From a virus (Duplodnaviria; Caudoviricetes), in the IMG/VR virus record IMGVR_UViG_2898571807_000002, positions 1-64,000 of that record: a DNA stretch of 64,000 bases. The stretch is one strand, 5' to 3'. This document shows positions 55,293 through 63,895 of the stretch, in pieces (position 1 is the first letter of the stretch; the number at the start of each line of letters is the position of its first letter). A program made the translations under genes and the position numbers. The notes under the pieces were generated by a model. It saw nothing but the letters and a program-made list of their open reading frames with translations. It did not search any database and was not told the origin of the DNA.

Positions 55293-55976
55293 CTAGCGGC
55301 GTCCCTTCAGGAGCCGCGAATTCACGAACCCCGCGAATTCGCTCGCGGGGTCCTTAGCTCTCGGTTGGTTGGCGCCCGACGCCTGCGTCCGGTCCGGTGC
55401 GGGTTTGCGCCGCTGCGGGGTGTCCGGCTTCGGCTTCGCCAGGTGCGGCTTGCGGTCGAGGAGGTCCTCCAGGTCCGCCTTGATCCGGTCGGTAGCGATC
55501 TCGCCGTCGTCGCCGATGTAGGCGTCCAGGTCGAGAAGCGCTTCCGGGTCGGTTTTGTCGGCGAACCCGTCCGCGGCCATCGCACGGACCTCGGACTTCA
55601 CAGCCCGCTGCCGGATCCGGTGGATCTCCTGCTCGCGCTCGGTCAGCCGCGCCTGCAAACGCTGCGCCTCGGTCTGGTCGGCCTCGGCCGCCTCGCGGGC
55701 ACGCTTGGCCAGCGGCTCCAGTTCCTGGTTCTTTCGCTCCAGCTCACGCAGACGCTTCCGCAGGTTCGCGGCCTCGGAGTTCTTCTTGCGGAGCTCAGCC
55801 TTGGCGGCCTTCTCGTCGAACGCGCCGCCCGCCTGGGGCTTGTCGTCCTCGGTGTCGTCGGCGCCGGTGTCGGTGACCTCGCTGGTCTCCTGCTCCTGCT
55901 CCTCGGTCGCCGTGTCGTCGCCGGTGCTGTCGTCCTGCGCGGTCGTCTGCTCGGTGTCCGCGGTGTCGTCGGGCAT
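55293..55976 (-). CDS. capsid scaffolding protein
   Basis: Own GGAGG RBS and ATG; acidic N-terminus, coiled coil, KPHLA. Confidence 0.8.
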   Translation of the reverse strand: MPDDTADTEQTTAQDDSTGDDTATEEQEQETSEVTDTGADDTEDDKPQAGGAFDEKAAKAELRKKNSEAANLRKRLRELERKNQELEPLAKRAREAAEADQTEAQRLQARLTEREQEIHRIRQRAVKSEVRAMAADGFADKTDPEALLDLDAYIGDDGEIATDRIKADLEDLLDRKPHLAKPKPDTPQRRKPAPDRTQASGANQPRAKDPASEFAGFVNSRLLKGRR

Positions 55977-56444
55977 GATCGGGTAACCCTCCAGGGGTTC
56001 GGATAGGGACAACTCCCGCTCCAGGCGGGAAGAATCTGGGCGGTACAGCGACCACCAGCGGTCGATCGCGCGGCCCGTCCAATCGGGCCGGTTGTCGGCG
56101 GCGGCGCGGGCCCGCGCCTGCTCAGCCGATGCCGCGATCACAACCGTCTCGGTCGCGCGCAGCGACCGGGCGAGGCTCCTGCGCTGCTGCGGATCCGGCG
56201 CGGAACGGATCACCCACGCCGTCCCCGACTCCATCGCCGAGACCTGCCGCTCCAGCGCGGACCGCAGCACATGCGCCCGGTCCGCCACCTCGCGGGCGTG
56301 GTCGTGATGAGCGGTGGACCCGAGCTCTCGGCAGAGCCGGTCGAAGTCGATGACGGTGTCGCCGTCAGATGCCTGTTTGGCGACCCAGGTCGACTTTCCG
56401 GAAGCGGGCGGGCCGCACACCAACACGACCCGACGCACGATCAC
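55293..56444 (-). CDS. AAA_33-like P-loop domain read in frame into the scaffold
   Basis: LVCGPPASGKSTWV, IDFD; no stop codon before the scaffold ATG. Confidence 0.65.
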   Translation of the reverse strand: MIVRRVVLVCGPPASGKSTWVAKQASDGDTVIDFDRLCRELGSTAHHDHAREVADRAHVLRSALERQVSAMESGTAWVIRSAPDPQQRRSLARSLRATETVVIAASAEQARARAAADNRPDWTGRAIDRWWSLYRPDSSRLERELSLSEPLEGYPIMPDDTADTEQTTAQDDSTGDDTATEEQEQETSEVTDTGADDTEDDKPQAGGAFDEKAAKAELRKKNSEAANLRKRLRELERKNQELEPLAKRAREAAEADQTEAQRLQARLTEREQEIHRIRQRAVKSEVRAMAADGFADKTDPEALLDLDAYIGDDGEIATDRIKADLEDLLDRKPHLAKPKPDTPQRRKPAPDRTQASGANQPRAKDPASEFAGFVNSRLLKGRR

Positions 56445-58285
56445 CCCCGGGCGTCAAATGCCTTCCGCCACGCATGCATCTTGTCGCCCACATGGGCCGT
56501 GGCCTGCTCGTACAGCTGCTCCCAGTCCTGCACATGGGATGGCGGGACCCACAGCTTTCCTTCGAACACGGGCGCGACGGTGCAGGAGCAATTAGATACA
56601 ATTACTCCATTAGCTCGGTACCAGCCCGACTCCGTCTGAAAGTTGAAAACTTGGCCACGAAACTCACGGTGAGAGAGATCGACGATGCGGTCGCTCTCTA
56701 CACGTCCGGAAAGACGTTCCAACAGGTCGCGGCCATACTTGGCGTAAACGCCAGCACCGCCTACGTCGCCATAACCCGTCGCGGGGTCAAAGCGCGACAT
56801 GCTACCGCTGATAGGGCCATGCTTGACCAAGCGGTCAGTCTGTACGTCAGCGGCATGACCGGACCCGAGGTCCGGGACGCCATCGGCATATCCACCAGCA
56901 CGCTCCACCGGGAGTTGCGTAAACGTGGGATTCCTGCCCGCAGCCGCAGAACAAACATCCCATCTGCCGACGTGGTCTCCGCATACCTCGCCGGTGAAAG
57001 CCAACTCTCGCTCGCTACCCGGTACGGAACCTCGCGACCAGTGATCCGGCGGATCTTGGTCGAGCAAGGGGTTCAACCGCGCGATCGGAGTGCGGCCAGT
57101 ACGCTCGCGATGGCTGCGCTCACCGACGAACAGCGCGCCGACATGGTCAAAAATGCTCACGCGGCAGTCCGCGGGCGCGACGTCTCCATGGAAGAACGCA
57201 TCTTGCGCTCGCAGAAGCGGGAACGGACCCAATCCCATGCGACTGGCCGTGAACGACAGTTCGGTCGCCACATCAGCTTCCCTGATGTGATCCCGCAGAA
57301 AGCGATCGGCCCCTACAACGTCGACTTTGCTGTCGGTTCCGTCGCCGTGGAAATCCTCGGGGGTACCTGGCACGCTTACAAGGCCGAGCATGCCCATCGC
57401 ACGCCATACATCCTGAACCAGGGCTGGAACATGCTCTTCATCTGGGACAGACAGCAAGCTCCCCTGTGCATTGAGGCTGCTGAGTACGTCGTCGCCTTCG
57501 CGGAGGAGTCCAGCAGGCAGCCAACCCTGCACCGTGAGTACCGGGTGATTAGGGGTGATGCGAAGCTCGTGGCCTGCGGCGGTGCGCAGGACGACCAGTT
57601 CCCCCTCATAATCCCGTCGATAGCCAACTTCCGCGGCAGGGCCATCAACTAGCGTCCCGGCGGGCACACAGTGGTCGTGGAACTTGTACTGGCCTTCGCC
57701 CTCGAAGTTCCGGTTCGCTCGTCGGCCGGCGGTCTGCCGCGACTTGAAGACCGCGCCGCGGAGCGCCATCAAAGCGCAGAAGTAGCAGGGGTCAGAGTCT
57801 GTGATCCTCGCCCACGCAATCGCGCGGCGATCCTTCAGGACGCCCTGATGGATGGTGTCGCGTGCGGTGTCCGCGACCGCTTTCTGCGCGGCGCCGATCA
57901 CCTTGGTCTCGGCGTCTGCGAGGCGCCGCTCGATCGGCGGCGGGCTGTCACGTTGCGGGATCCACAGGTCCTTCGTCGCCCACCGCAGCGACGTGTCGAT
58001 CTTCGTCTCCGGCACATCCGGCACGTCGATGTGGAAGGTCCCCGGCACGCGGGCGAGTTCGCGTTCGCTCTCGAAGTAGTCGGCGGCGAGCGACCCTGCC
58101 ATGTCAGCGTGCTTGGTGATCGCCGCGTCCGCCGCGCGCAGCCACGCAGGCACCGTCGACCCGAATGACCCGAGCCTCACCAGCCGAAACGACGCAGCGA
58201 TCTGCTTAGCGATCTCCTGCAGGATCTTGAGCTGCTGGCGGTGGTATTCAGCCGCCCGCGACTGCAGGCTCACCAGCCACCCCAC
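56441..58285 (-). CDS. MuF-like head morphogenesis protein containing an intein
   Basis: WAR...PCYFC..A.RG...FHDH|C.C motif split by the intein; lies between portal and scaffold. Confidence 0.85.
   Translation of the reverse strand: MGWLVSLQSRAAEYHRQQLKILQEIAKQIAASFRLVRLGSFGSTVPAWLRAADAAITKHADMAGSLAADYFESERELARVPGTFHIDVPDVPETKIDTSLRWATKDLWIPQRDSPPPIERRLADAETKVIGAAQKAVADTARDTIHQGVLKDRRAIAWARITDSDPCYFCALMALRGAVFKSRQTAGRRANRNFEGEGQYKFHDHCVPAGTLVDGPAAEVGYRRDYEGELVVLRTAAGHELRITPNHPVLTVQGWLPAGLLREGDDVLSSLNAQGSLLSVPDEEHVPALVQDVWRAMGMLGLVSVPGTPEDFHGDGTDSKVDVVGADRFLRDHIREADVATELSFTASRMGLGPFPLLRAQDAFFHGDVAPADCRVSIFDHVGALFVGERSHRERTGRTPIARLNPLLDQDPPDHWSRGSVPGSERELAFTGEVCGDHVGRWDVCSAAAGRNPTFTQLPVERAGGYADGVPDLGSGHAADVQTDRLVKHGPISGSMSRFDPATGYGDVGGAGVYAKYGRDLLERLSGRVESDRIVDLSHREFRGQVFNFQTESGWYRANGVIVSNCSCTVAPVFEGKLWVPPSHVQDWEQLYEQATAHVGDKMHAWRKAFDARG
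56591..57670 (-). mobile_element. intein (Hint), 360 aa
   Basis: Block A CVPAGTLV, block B ITPNHPV, block F VFNFQT, C-terminal IVSN followed by Cys+1. Confidence 0.88.
56651..57652 (+). CDS. antisense nested HTH x3 + DUF559/Vsr-like putative homing endonuclease
   Basis: Three HTH repeats, then PQKAIGPYNVDFAV..VAVEILGGTWH...GWNMLFIW; TTG start at 56651 inferred. Confidence 0.75.
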   Translation: MATKLTVREIDDAVALYTSGKTFQQVAAILGVNASTAYVAITRRGVKARHATADRAMLDQAVSLYVSGMTGPEVRDAIGISTSTLHRELRKRGIPARSRRTNIPSADVVSAYLAGESQLSLATRYGTSRPVIRRILVEQGVQPRDRSAASTLAMAALTDEQRADMVKNAHAAVRGRDVSMEERILRSQKRERTQSHATGRERQFGRHISFPDVIPQKAIGPYNVDFAVGSVAVEILGGTWHAYKAEHAHRTPYILNQGWNMLFIWDRQQAPLCIEAAEYVVAFAEESSRQPTLHREYRVIRGDAKLVACGGAQDDQFPLIIPSIANFRGRAIN

Positions 58286-59681
58286 TCGATCCCTGCGGCG
58301 GCGTGGACTGCTCGGGGCCGTTCACGATCGTGTCCAACAGCGTCGCACCGCGGGCGCGCCGCCGATCAGACTGGACCCGCTGCCTCTGCGACTCGGTGAG
58401 ACCCACCATCTCCAACGTCACATCGCTGTCGGCCGGGAGAATCCCCGTCTGCACCAGCTTCACAGCCGCGTCGGTCTGGGATGCGATGGTCGGGGTTGCG
58501 GCGTTCCGCCATACCGTTTCGATCCGCCGCGCACGGTCCGGTACCTCGCCGTTCGCGACGAGCAGCGCCAGGCGTAGGACGTTTCCCCACACTGCGGACA
58601 AGACCGTCTGCTTCCGCTCGGCGCGCTTCACGAGCTGTGCCTCCGTCGAGCGGATCGCGTCCGCCGAGGCCGGGTTGTCGGTCGTGTAACCGAGATAGTG
58701 CGGCGGCAGACCAAGCTGGGTCGCCATGATCCGCGCATACAGGTCAACGATCTTCGTGTACGCGGACGGGTCGTACGCGGCGAACGTCCCGACCGTGGGG
58801 ATCTCACCGTCCTCGTCCCGCTCCAACGCAAGGACCCGGCCGATGTAGGTCTCCCACGCGCTCTTCGGGTTCCCCTCAGCATCCTGAAAGGCGCTCTCGG
58901 ACGTGCCGAGGATGTACCGCTGCGGCGCCCCGTAGAACTCCCGCGCGACCTCCATCCCCAGCAACGTGCGGCACGCCGCGTCCGTGATCGACATGACCGC
59001 CGGGGTGATCTCCGACCGGCCCGACCGGTCCGCGACCCGCTGCCGGTTCGCAATCCGCACCACCGTGACGACACCCAGGCCGTGCAAGTCGCGGTCGACG
59101 ACAATCCAGCCGCCGTCCGTGGACTCCTCCAGGTGGACTGTCTGCTCCGGCAGATACAGCACCGCCGCCTGCCGGTCGGCGTCCTTGTACAGCCGCAGCG
59201 CCGACGTCACCGCCCGTTTCCGCGCGTCATAGAACAGGGTCATGTCCAGCGGCGACTCGACCGTGATCACCGGCGGGTCGCCGTCCTCGTCCGCCGACCC
59301 CACCGCCACATACGACCGGCGGTAAATGAACGAGTCCAGGTGCGCGAGCTGCGACTCGGCGATCAGCTCGTTCGGCTCCCACAGGTCCTCAAGCTCGCCC
59401 GACTCCTCCGGATCGTCGGCGTACCGCCACGCCTCGATGTCGAGGCGCTGCTCCAGCGCGTCCACACCGATCTGCGGCCACCCGATCACCGTGTGAAGGC
59501 CCTTGAGCTGCGGGGGGATCGAAATCCCCAGGTCCCGGATGAGCTGCTCGCCGTTGTAGTAGCAGTCCCGCAGCTCCATCTGCCACCGGCACGCCATCAG
59601 GTCCGTGCGGAGCGCGTCGAGCAGGTTCGACTCGTCGTCCGACAGGTTCAGCAGCGGCAGGTCCGGGATCGTGACGGTCAC
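58248..59681 (-). CDS. portal protein (SPP1 gp6-like)
   Basis: YYNGEQ, GRSEI, PQRY, NPASADAI. Confidence 0.92.
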   Translation of the reverse strand: MTVTIPDLPLLNLSDDESNLLDALRTDLMACRWQMELRDCYYNGEQLIRDLGISIPPQLKGLHTVIGWPQIGVDALEQRLDIEAWRYADDPEESGELEDLWEPNELIAESQLAHLDSFIYRRSYVAVGSADEDGDPPVITVESPLDMTLFYDARKRAVTSALRLYKDADRQAAVLYLPEQTVHLEESTDGGWIVVDRDLHGLGVVTVVRIANRQRVADRSGRSEITPAVMSITDAACRTLLGMEVAREFYGAPQRYILGTSESAFQDAEGNPKSAWETYIGRVLALERDEDGEIPTVGTFAAYDPSAYTKIVDLYARIMATQLGLPPHYLGYTTDNPASADAIRSTEAQLVKRAERKQTVLSAVWGNVLRLALLVANGEVPDRARRIETVWRNAATPTIASQTDAAVKLVQTGILPADSDVTLEMVGLTESQRQRVQSDRRRARGATLLDTIVNGPEQSTPPQGSSGVAGEPAVAGG

Positions 59682-61363
59682 GCCAGCACCACCGCCCTGC
59701 CCTTGCCGCGCCGGCCGATGCCCTTGCTCACCGCGTCGATACGCGCCTGCCACGCGAGTGTCGCCGCGACCGCAGCGTCGATCTTCCGCCGCGAATCCGG
59801 GTGCTCCTTGGCGATCTGCAAACCGGCGCGGGACGGGCGCCGGCGCGCATTCAGCACATGCCGCGTCAACGTGAACGACCCGTCATGGGTGAGCTCACCG
59901 TTGATCACCGCCGCGTGGAACTGCTCCAACGCCCGCACGACCGCCTGCGGACGGTTCATCCACCACTCGATCGGGTGCGCCTGCGAAGACCGGACCCGCA
60001 TCCGACGCCCGTAGGCGTACTCCCACTCCGCCACGAACGACCGCCAGTCCGCGGCAGGATCCGCGTAGAACCCGACGACCTTGTACCTCTGGAACGCCGA
60101 CCGGACCGCCGCCTCGACCTCCGCGGTCGGCACCCACCAGTCCTTGCCCGCCGGACCGTTCGGCTGCTCCCACACCGCGACCTCGAACAGAAACCCGTCC
60201 GACACCCGGCACCCGATCAGCGCGGTCGCATCAGCCACGCCCCGGTTGCGGTGCTTGGACCCGTCGAACCCCAGCGTGATCCGATCCCCCGGCGCCACCG
60301 TCTTCGACGGGTCCGCGCAACCCGCCCACTCGTGCGGCGCCAGCCAAGCATCCGTCGCGCCGGTCTGCGCGTTCAGGAAATAGCGCCGCGAATCCACCGG
60401 GTTCTTGCGGGTGTCGTAGAACTCGTCGACGATCCCGTCGAAGTCGTTCCACTCGATCGCCTCACCGAACGCCTCAAGAATCGCCGCCCGCAACTGATCC
60501 TCAGCCGACAAGTCCTCGCACTCACCCCACCGGTGGTCATACAGCAGCCGGGCCCGCCGCGACCGTCCCTCCTGAATGTGCTCGGCCAGTTGGAACGTCG
60601 CCTCCGCGGTCGACTCCTCACCGGCGGCGAACATCGTGGTGGTCTCCAAGAACCACGTGCCCGCGCCCTTCTTCCGCTTCCGCAGGTTCCGGGTGACCGT
60701 GTCGTACATCCGCCGCAACTCCGGCTGGTTGTACAGGTGCGTCTCGTCGAACACCACGAACGTCTCCAGGCCGCCGTCCTTCGACGCCGACGACGCCGTC
60801 GACGGACGAATCTCCCCGCCCCCCGGCAGATAGATCCGCGTCAAGCCCGCGTCCATGCCCGGGATGTGCGACAGCAGCGCGTCTCCGTCGGTGAGGTTGA
60901 AGAACACCGTGTCGTAGACGTTGCCGGTCTGGCCCTCCTCAGTGGCCATGCACCGGATGAACGGGGACGTGACATGGCGACCCATCGGCTCACCCGGCTC
61001 GTACACATACCGGAACCCCAACCCCCACGGGTCCTCGTACACCTCACCGCCGGACGCCCAGCCCGCGAACCGGCACGGCCCCAACGCCTCGAACACAGCG
61101 AGCCGACCACCGAGCCCCGACTTGTCGCAGCCCTTCGGCCGCGAGAAAAACGCCGAGTCATACAACCGCTGCGTGTTCTCCGGCTCGTCGCCAATCGCGT
61201 AGCAGTCGACGATGAAGCCCGTGAGCTCATCACCGTGGCTGACCGGCTGGCCCTGCACGTCGCCCCGGCCGTGGACGACGAAGTACTCCATCCACACCGT
61301 CGCCAGCCACCCCAACGACCGGTGACGGTCATGCCCGGGGGCCCGGACCAGCGTGCGCGGCAT
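59678..61363 (-). CDS. terminase large subunit
   Basis: RPKGCDKS, VVFDETH, LGFDGS, KIDAAVA. Confidence 0.95.
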   Translation of the reverse strand: MPRTLVRAPGHDRHRSLGWLATVWMEYFVVHGRGDVQGQPVSHGDELTGFIVDCYAIGDEPENTQRLYDSAFFSRPKGCDKSGLGGRLAVFEALGPCRFAGWASGGEVYEDPWGLGFRYVYEPGEPMGRHVTSPFIRCMATEEGQTGNVYDTVFFNLTDGDALLSHIPGMDAGLTRIYLPGGGEIRPSTASSASKDGGLETFVVFDETHLYNQPELRRMYDTVTRNLRKRKKGAGTWFLETTTMFAAGEESTAEATFQLAEHIQEGRSRRARLLYDHRWGECEDLSAEDQLRAAILEAFGEAIEWNDFDGIVDEFYDTRKNPVDSRRYFLNAQTGATDAWLAPHEWAGCADPSKTVAPGDRITLGFDGSKHRNRGVADATALIGCRVSDGFLFEVAVWEQPNGPAGKDWWVPTAEVEAAVRSAFQRYKVVGFYADPAADWRSFVAEWEYAYGRRMRVRSSQAHPIEWWMNRPQAVVRALEQFHAAVINGELTHDGSFTLTRHVLNARRRPSRAGLQIAKEHPDSRRKIDAAVAATLAWQARIDAVSKGIGRRGKGRAVVLA

Positions 61364-61815
61364 CAGCCCGACAGCCGAGCCCGCCGCGACGAAATGTCGG
61401 TCACCGACCCGCCATCAACTGGCGCATCCGGCCCCGGCTCCGCCGGCGTAGGCAGCACCTCCATCCGCAAGCGCAGCCGATCCTCCGGCGTCGCCCCGAA
61501 CTTCGCCGCCCGCAACCTCAACTCCGACGCGAACTCCCACCGGCCCTTCGTCCACATCACGTGATGCATCAGCGCCGTATCAACCAGAAAGTCCCAGTCA
61601 GTCGCCGTGAACGTCTGCGCCTGCGGCGACCGCCGCCACGTCTCCCACCACATCACCGTCCGCGGATGCCACGACTCCCCATCGGGCAGCACACCCTCCG
61701 GCAGGTCAGCACCGCGAACCACACCATCGACCGCGAGCTCCGTCATCGGCTTCGGGTCCGCGTTGCGCCGCCGGCGCTTCGCCGGGTCCTTCGGAGCAGG
61801 CCCGTGTCCAGCCAC
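61363..61815 (-). CDS. terminase small subunit
   Basis: GPAPK..RRRRN; WWETWRRSPQA; ELRLRAAKFGATPEDRLRL. Confidence 0.88.
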   Translation of the reverse strand: MAGHGPAPKDPAKRRRRNADPKPMTELAVDGVVRGADLPEGVLPDGESWHPRTVMWWETWRRSPQAQTFTATDWDFLVDTALMHHVMWTKGRWEFASELRLRAAKFGATPEDRLRLRMEVLPTPAEPGPDAPVDGGSVTDISSRRARLSG

Positions 61816-61854
61816 AGAGAGTCACCACCCCTCGGGCAACGCAAGATCATCAAG

Positions 61855-61935
61855 GGGCCCCAGACCTGTACGCACAGGCTGCGGCTACATGGGGCCGGGC
61901 GGGGTTCCGGCGGGGAGGGGGCTACCGCCCCAGGG
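61855..61935 (-). other. probable cos/packaging-site region
   Basis: Non-coding stretch with G/C runs immediately upstream of terS in an HNH-terS-terL layout. Confidence 0.35.
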
Positions 61936-62235
61936 TGTCAAGGCTCTGACCTGCCGTTATGCGGGCTTTGGCGCTCTGACCTGCAATAACTGGTCGTGTG
62001 ACTCTGTGTGACCGACTCTGGATCATGGTCGATGCTGCTGATCAGCGATCTTGAGCGTCGAAGATCGATCATGCTTTGCGGTCAGTCGATCAGGTGTCGA
62101 TCACGGTCGTCGATGGGCGTCGAGGCGACCTGTGCCCTGCGTGGCAGGCACACCGTGCCCTGGCTGGGGTGGAGGTACGGGTGGGGGTGGGGCTGGGGCT
62201 GGGGTGCGGTTGGCCTCACGGTCCGAGGTGGCACG

Positions 62236-62420
62236 TCAGGCCTTCTTCCTCATGCCCTTGCGGGTTGGGAGCCTTCGGTATCGGACACCCTTGCCGCCTG
62301 GCGTGGCGTGTGCATGCTTCCTAGCCCAAGACTTGTGAGTGGCGAAGGCCCATCTCCACTGGATAACTGAGCCTTGCTGCGGAAGCCGTGATACTTGCCG
62401 CCGCGCTTGGCCACTGTCAT
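62236..62420 (-). pseudogene. small basic phage gene disrupted by an 8-nt insertion
   Basis: GGAGG RBS; removing 62359-62366 gives MTVAKRGGKYHGFRSKAQWRWAFATHKSWARKHAH...KKA*. Confidence 0.6.
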
Positions 62421-62432
62421 CACCTCCTGTGG

Positions 62433-62687
62433 TCAGCAGGCTGGGAGCGCCTGCACCAGGACACCTGCGATGCCTGTGGCGATGACGAACTCCACGCCTG
62501 GGAACGAGTCGCGTAGCCCTGCGAGCATCGCCTTGCGGTCGTCGTCGGATGGTTCATCGGCGATGGCGAGGAGGACACGGTCTCCGGGGCGGAGCACGAT
62601 CATCGGGGGCTGGGTGTCGGAGCGGAGGACCTGCTCGGGCTCGAAAACCCCGAACGTGACGTCGTCGGGGTTGGGGGGTTCGGTCAC
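62433..62687 (-). CDS. hypothetical protein
   Basis: IVLRPGDRVLL...FPGVEF; coupled overlap with the upstream gene. Confidence 0.6.
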   Translation of the reverse strand: MTEPPNPDDVTFGVFEPEQVLRSDTQPPMIVLRPGDRVLLAIADEPSDDDRKAMLAGLRDSFPGVEFVIATGIAGVLVQALPAC

Positions 62688-62935
62688 TTCCGCTTGCCGT
62701 TGCCCTTGCGCTTCCGGCCGGCCGCGGACATGGCGCCCATCTTCTTCGCCCCGTACTTCTTGCGGCCCACGCTCGCGGCGACGGCGTTCGGGTCGCGGGC
62801 ACCGGACTTGGCGGCCGAGGCGGCGACCTGCTTGAACCGCTTCCCGGAGCCGAGCTTGGGGGCCTTGCCCTTCGTACCGCCGCTCTTGGACTTGCCGCTG
62901 CTGGACTTCTTCGCTGCCACCGTGGTCACCTCCAA
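62684..62935 (-). CDS. small Lys-rich basic protein
   Basis: GARDPNAVAASVGRKKYG. Confidence 0.65.
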   Translation of the reverse strand: MEVTTVAAKKSSSGKSKSGGTKGKAPKLGSGKRFKQVAASAAKSGARDPNAVAASVGRKKYGAKKMGAMSAAGRKRKGNGKRK

Positions 62936-62972
62936 CTTCAGCGCTGGTCTGGCGGCCGGTTGGCCCCTGCGG

Positions 62973-63557
62973 TCAGGCGCTCTTGAGCCAGGCCCAAACC
63001 TTGCCGTTGCGAATTTGTCTTATCAGAGACTCGCTAACCCCGTACCGATCGGCCAGGAGGGCATGTGGTGCCGATGATGCGCGGATCTCAAGGACATCGG
63101 CCTCCTGGAGCTTCGCGCCAGGGTTGTCGGATCCGAGGTCTGTCCGCGACTCAAAGCGGCGGGAGTTACATCGAAGGCACGTCGGAACGAGGTTCGTTGG
63201 TGTGTTGTTACTTCGATCCCAATCCAGGTGATCGGCCGTCAGGGTGCCGTCTTCCCACGACACCATCCGCTCACACCAATGACAGGCGTGCGTCCCGGGA
63301 CCAATGGCGTCGTACAGAACCGCTCGGTGAACATAGACGTAACCCCGCTTGTTGCTGAGCGGGTGGTTCACGACCATCTTCCTGATGTAGCCGTCTGGAC
63401 GGAGATTGCCCTGCCCGTTCGGCCTGTGCCGGAGTTCCAACCCGCCAGGGTCTCCGTGCTTCTTCCAACGCCTCACATGAAGGGAGCACCATCCATGCGA
63501 ATCGTGAGGGCGAACGCAGCCCTCAACGCCACAGACACGTTTAGGCTTGTTTGGCAC
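62973..63557 (-). CDS. free-standing HNH homing endonuclease
   Basis: CGVEGC...CSLH, YVHR, DHLD..RSNN..TNL..C..CN, C-terminal HTH. Confidence 0.85.
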   Translation of the reverse strand: MPNKPKRVCGVEGCVRPHDSHGWCSLHVRRWKKHGDPGGLELRHRPNGQGNLRPDGYIRKMVVNHPLSNKRGYVYVHRAVLYDAIGPGTHACHWCERMVSWEDGTLTADHLDWDRSNNTPTNLVPTCLRCNSRRFESRTDLGSDNPGAKLQEADVLEIRASSAPHALLADRYGVSESLIRQIRNGKVWAWLKSA

Positions 63558-63592
63558 ATTCTAATTATGGCAGACAAATTGCCTATCGTTGG

Positions 63593-63895
63593 CTATCTGA
63601 CAATGCCTGGGTGAGCTTCCGCTGGTCTAGTGCGCTTCGGCTTGCGGGCCTGGGCTGCGCGTCCGCCCTCGGCCGATGATTTGGTCTGGTGGCAGTCGAA
63701 GCAGATCGCTGCGAGGTTGGCGTCACTGTCGTCGCCGCCTGCTGCGCTGTTGGCGACGTGGTCGACGTGTGTGGCGTGGTTGCCGCACTTGTAGCAGGTG
63801 TGGTTGTCGCGGGTGAGGATCCGGCGTCGGATCTTGTCCCATCCAGTGGGCAGTGTCGCTTTCCGGGTGCTGGTCTTCCACTGCCCGTTCGGCAT
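63593..63895 (-). CDS. packaging-associated HNH endonuclease
   Basis: RILTRD..C..C..ATHVDH...NL..IC..CH..KS..EG. Confidence 0.88.
   Translation of the reverse strand: MPNGQWKTSTRKATLPTGWDKIRRRILTRDNHTCYKCGNHATHVDHVANSAAGGDDSDANLAAICFDCHQTKSSAEGGRAAQARKPKRTRPAEAHPGIVR

Noticed and set aside
56369-56650. N-terminal 94 codons of ORF 56369..57652
   Set aside because: They overlap the extein and the AAA gene start and are not protein-like; the HTH repeats begin after 56651.
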